Shown here: positions 60,001-64,000 of the stretch, in pieces | Layout of the letters: each line of letters opens with the position of its first letter | How positions within the stretch are numbered: the stretch's first letter is position 1 | NCBI GenBank assembly: GCA_963832645.1 | Contig: CAWHUU010000003.1 | Coordinates: forward strand, 2,615-66,614 | Reading direction: 5' to 3' | Length of the DNA: 64,000 nucleotides | From: an uncultured Acidobacteriaceae bacterium | GTDB taxonomy: Bacteria > Acidobacteriota > Terriglobia > Terriglobales > Acidobacteriaceae | The notes under the pieces: model-generated | Told to the model about the DNA's origin: nothing | Seen by the model: the letters and a program-made list of their open reading frames with translations, nothing else | The model's database searches: none | Translations under genes and position numbers: made by a program

Positions 60001-60872
60001 ACTTGTGCCCCTCCTGTGAACGACGGCCATTGCTGCCGGCCACTTTCGCGGTGACGCCGAGCTGCATCGGCTGCCTGCTTGGCGGCGGGGTTGAACTGCA
60101 TCCAGATGGCCAGTTCTTCTTCCTGGAGGATCTCGCCGGCAACTTCGAGAATCCGGTCGAGGGCATCGCCGATGAGAGGCTTCCACATTTGCCGGATGAG
60201 CTTGAGCTGATCGCCCAGCGAGGCCGGCGATCCCTCGGCAGGGAGCCGCAGCAGATCGAGAAGATTCATCGACTTTGCGTTGGGCAGTGGAATCAACGGA
60301 CGCGATGCGAAGTACTCCGGCATTTGCCGTGCGACCTGGCGGTATGCGGTCTTTTCTGCGAGCGTTCGGTCTTCAAACAGTTCTTCAAACGGACGGAAGG
60401 CGGGATTGCGGTTGGCGGTCCACAAGAGCGTGAGTTCTTCAAGCGCTGCAGCTCGGTGCGACATGTTGCCGGTCTTCCCGGCTAGCCATTGCTTCGGTGT
60501 CGTCAGGCCCTTGATCACACTGGAGCCGGGAAACTGCTCCACAAAGGCAAGCAGCATGGCATCGACCTTGTCGCGGCCCACCTGTGCAGAAAACCAATTT
60601 AACGCCGCGTTCATGACATCGGGATCGAACTGCTCACGATAGCGTGCGATGAGCACGTGGCTCGCCTCGTCAATGAGGCCCATGGCGTAGAGCGCGCCAG
60701 CGTGAATTGCCCGGTCGGGATTATTTTCGGCGTCGCGCACCTGGTTCATGCGGTACGCAAACTCCCGGCATGCCGCCATATTGGCGAAAACTACGTTCCC
60801 TGTATAGGAAAACAGGGTTTCGGCGAACTTGTAGCGTTCGCGTGCATTCCGAGAAATGTGAAATTCCATCAT
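57041..60872 (-). pseudogene. Large GH13 alpha-amylase-family protein split by a single +1 frameshift (pseudogene or sequencing error)
   Basis: DMVPNH, RFDAAM, LAEAFW in ORF 58869..60872; FMSNPDE, LPGLPM in ORF 57041..58969. Removing one base at about 58928 gives ...IKNTLEFDPDIMKRY... Confidence 0.8.
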
Positions 60873-61259
60873 ATGAATTGCTTGTCCCTGGCAATCTCGA
60901 TCTAATCCGATGCCGTATCGCGCTCATCGAGAGCCGTTTACGGCCTGACGGTACATCTTATAGAACAAGGCCCCGCGAGCCAAAATGTAAAGGTACATCA
61001 ATTTGCGAGAATGTGCAGAGGCGTATTCGTAACTTTTGAGTGCTCTTCCGCCGCCTCGGCTCCACGTTACTCCTATCGGGCCGGGATGTCATTTGACGCC
61101 GTTTGAGAATTCAGTTGGACCGAACCTCCCCTTGAATTCCGCAACCAAATAGAATTCTTGGCTCCGGGATGCCGCGATTCTCCAGTTCGCGTCTAATATA
61201 GGTAGACAACGACCGGCTCCCTGCACAGGGCCGGACAACCGGACAATTAGGAGTCAGCG

Positions 61260-62780
61260 ATGCTCGCAGCTCGCCCGCTTCCCCAAACTCTGGGGGAACT
61301 GCGCACCAGCAGTCGGTTCCCCGAAGCGTGTCTCACGTCACGGTCCATTAAAGATGAGATGCGCGGAAACCTTATTGCGCGCCTGCAGGCCGGGAATACT
61401 CTGTTCCCCGGTATTGTCGGCTACGAAGATTCGGTCATCCCGCAGATTGTAAACGCCGTATTGTCGAAGCAGAACTTTATCCTGCTGGGATTGCGCGGCC
61501 AGGCAAAGAGCCGGATTCTGCGTGCGTTGACAGCGCTGCTCGACGAACACATGCCCTACATCGCAGGATGCGAGATTCGAGACAATCCCTATGTGCCGCT
61601 CTGCAAGAGGTGCCGGGATCTGGTCGCCGAAATGGGCGACGCCACTCCGATTGCATACCTGACGCGCGAGGATCGGTATGTTGAGAAGCTGGCGACCCCG
61701 GATGTGACGGTTGCGGACCTGATCGGCGATATAGATCCGATCAAGGCAGCACGCGGAGCCAAGGATCTTTCAAGCGAGTTGACGATGCACTACGGGCTTT
61801 TGCCGAGGGCTAATCGCGGAATCTTCGCAATTAATGAACTGCCCGATCTGGCCGCGAAGATTCAAGTGGCGCTGTTCAACATCATGCAGGAAGGCGACGT
61901 GCAGATTAAGGGCTACCCTGTGCGTCTGGAACTGGATGTTGTACTGGTGTTCAGCGCGAACCCCGAGGACTACACCGCGCGCGGCAAGATTGTGACGCCG
62001 CTCAAGGATCGCATTGGCTCCGAGATTCGCACACATTATCCGGAGTCGATTGAAGAGGGCATGGCGATCACGGCTCAGGAAGCGTGGGCGAAACGCGGCG
62101 AGGCAGCAATCGAGATTCCCGACTACATCCGCGAGATAGTGGAGCGGGTGGCCTTTATGGCACGCCAGGACAAGAAAGTAGACAAGCGCAGCGGCGTGAG
62201 TCAGCGTTTGCCAATCTCGACGATGGAGCTCGTGGTCTCAAATGCGGAGCGGCGCGCGCTGGTGAATCGTGAACAGGTGGTTCTGCCCCGCGTAAGCGAC
62301 ATCTACGCCGCGCTGCCGGGCATGACCGGCAAGCTGGAACTTGAGTATGAAGGCGAGATGAAAGGCACCGACACCGTAGTGCGCGATCTGATTCGCAGCT
62401 CAGTGGGCAAGGTATTCGATCGCGTCTTCGAGGGAGCCGACACCACACAGGTGGAGCAGTGGTTCAATCTTGGAGGCTCAATCAAGATTGACGACAGTCA
62501 CCCAGCAGCTAAGGCTCTGGTTGAGCTGAAAGAGATTCAGGGACTGCTCGAAAAGCTTAAGCCGCTGGGTATCTCGAAGTCTGCTCCTGCGCCTAAGGTA
62601 GTATCGGCTGCGGAGTTCTTTCTCGAAGGGCTGGTTGCGCATCGCAAACTGAGCCGCACTGAAGAGCGTGTTTTCTCTGCGCAGGAAAAGGCACCGCGTC
62701 GTCCAGAACGAGCCGATCTTGAGATCGATTACGACGACTGGCAACGGGTTCGCCGCACGCCGAGAAGCGGATACAACTAA
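61260..62780 (+). CDS. Mg-chelatase/MoxR-like AAA+ ATPase
   Basis: [45 protein letters not shown]. Confidence 0.85.
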   Translation: MLAARPLPQTLGELRTSSRFPEACLTSRSIKDEMRGNLIARLQAGNTLFPGIVGYEDSVIPQIVNAVLSKQNFILLGLRGQAKSRILRALTALLDEHMPYIAGCEIRDNPYVPLCKRCRDLVAEMGDATPIAYLTREDRYVEKLATPDVTVADLIGDIDPIKAARGAKDLSSELTMHYGLLPRANRGIFAINELPDLAAKIQVALFNIMQEGDVQIKGYPVRLELDVVLVFSANPEDYTARGKIVTPLKDRIGSEIRTHYPESIEEGMAITAQEAWAKRGEAAIEIPDYIREIVERVAFMARQDKKVDKRSGVSQRLPISTMELVVSNAERRALVNREQVVLPRVSDIYAALPGMTGKLELEYEGEMKGTDTVVRDLIRSSVGKVFDRVFEGADTTQVEQWFNLGGSIKIDDSHPAAKALVELKEIQGLLEKLKPLGISKSAPAPKVVSAAEFFLEGLVAHRKLSRTEERVFSAQEKAPRRPERADLEIDYDDWQRVRRTPRSGYN

Positions 62781-62826
62781 TTGCGCTTCTCCATTTGACC
62801 GGCTAGCGCTTACTGAGGGCTCTCAT

Positions 62827-64000
62827 ATGAGAAGGACTCATTACACAAAATACAAAGGCGATCTGGCCTCGGAGATTGACCTGGAGGACTTGCTGCAAGC
62901 GCTCTCCGGGTACTTTCTCAACTCAGGTTTTCACGACCCTTACTCTGACTTCCAGGACCTGGAGCAGAGCATGGAGAATCTGCGCGAGGCCTTGCGCCAG
63001 GCGCTTGAGAATGGGGACTTCTTTGACGAATCGATCCGCGAAAAGCTGGACGAGATGATTGCGGAGGGCAAACTGGATGAGGTGATCGACAAGCTCATCG
63101 AGCGAATGGAGAAGGAGAATTACATCTCGACTGCGGGCATGCAGAACCCCGCGGGTGAGCCACAGATGGCCGGACAGGCCGGCGGAGCAGAAGGACAGGC
63201 GCGTTTTGAAGTCACAGACAAAAGCCTTGATTTTCTCGGCTTCAAGGCATTGCGCGATCTGCTCGGCTCACTGGGCAAATCGAGCTACGGACGCCACGAT
63301 ACCCGCCATTGGGCCACTGGCATTGAAGCAAGCGGCGGCTCTCGCCAGTATCAGTTTGGCGATACGCTGAACCTGGACACTACCGCAACTTTAAGTTCGG
63401 CCATTGCGCGCGAAGGCATTGGCCTTCCGCTCAACATGGAGTACGAGGACCTGCACGTCCATCAGTGCGAGTATCAAAGCTCATGCGCGACCGTGATGAT
63501 GCTTGACTGCTCGCACTCAATGATTCTTTATGGCGAGGATCGCTTCACGCCTGCAAAGCGCGTTGCCATGGCGCTTTCGCATCTTATCCGCACGCAGTTT
63601 CCGGGCGACTCGCTCTCCCTGGTGTTATTCCACGATTCAGCTGAAGAGATGCCGGTTTCGCAACTGGCGCGCGTGAAGGTAGGCCCGTGGCATACAAACA
63701 CGCGCGAGGGGCTGCGTGTTGCCCAACGCGTACTTGCCCGTCAGCGCAAGGACATGAAGCAGATTGTGATGATCACGGATGGAAAACCGTCGGCGCTGAC
63801 GCTACCGGATGGACGAATCTACAAGAACGCGTATGGGCTCGATCCGCTGGTGGTGAGCGAGACGCTTGAAGAGGTCAATCGCTGCAAGCGAAGCAACATT
63901 CTCATCAACACCTTCATGCTTGCGTCAGACTACGACTTGATTCAGTTTGTACACAAGGTTTCTGCCATGTGCCGTGGCAAAGCTTACTTCACGAGTCCGG
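62827..64000 (+). CDS. VWA-domain protein (runs off the window)
   Basis: Hand translation [23 protein letters not shown]...; MIDAS motif [22 protein letters not shown]. Confidence 0.85.
   Translation, partial: MRRTHYTKYKGDLASEIDLEDLLQALSGYFLNSGFHDPYSDFQDLEQSMENLREALRQALENGDFFDESIREKLDEMIAEGKLDEVIDKLIERMEKENYISTAGMQNPAGEPQMAGQAGGAEGQARFEVTDKSLDFLGFKALRDLLGSLGKSSYGRHDTRHWATGIEASGGSRQYQFGDTLNLDTTATLSSAIAREGIGLPLNMEYEDLHVHQCEYQSSCATVMMLDCSHSMILYGEDRFTPAKRVAMALSHLIRTQFPGDSLSLVLFHDSAEEMPVSQLARVKVGPWHTNTREGLRVAQRVLARQRKDMKQIVMITDGKPSALTLPDGRIYKNAYGLDPLVVSETLEEVNRCKRSNILINTFMLASDYDLIQFVHKVSAMCRGKAYFTSP

Noticed and set aside
1-64000. CRISPR arrays, tRNA/rRNA genes, prophage or defence operons
   Set aside because: No spaced direct repeats, cloverleafs, phage structural genes or defence motifs seen by eye; a short ncRNA could have been missed.

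Overview
A 64 kb chromosomal window of a GC-rich bacterium. Gene content, the expanded TonB/TolC/TPR families and the intergenic repeats suggest Acidobacteriota subdivision 1 (inference). Positions 1-3.8 kb are the decayed edge of an accessory region: an unannotated lipoprotein running off the left end, about 1.7 kb with no credible gene, an IS-end remnant, a frameshifted methyltransferase and a truncated IS630. The rest is mostly core genes (fucP, uvrA, lgt, hpt, deoC-like, GAF-GAF-SpoIIE phosphatase, aroA, tolC-like, truA, degP-like, lysA, pyrF, accA, tdk, AAA+/VWA pair). The best candidate for an undescribed system is the minus-strand cluster at 49255-54689. It encodes HoxE/NuoE, a 1058-aa NuoF(HoxF)-GltD fusion carrying both NADH-type and NADPH-type flavin modules, HoxU, and a secreted MtrA/DmsE-type decaheme cytochrome, with no hoxYH and no mtrB in the window. 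Other leads: a 59-aa basic zinc-ribbon gene missed by the ORF track with a structured leader, catalytically degenerate DeoC and CPBP homologs, an identical 13-mer upstream of deoC and tdk, several ECF-type promoters and a perfect 24-bp palindrome. No tRNA, rRNA or CRISPR array was seen. All product calls are by motif recognition; no searches were run.
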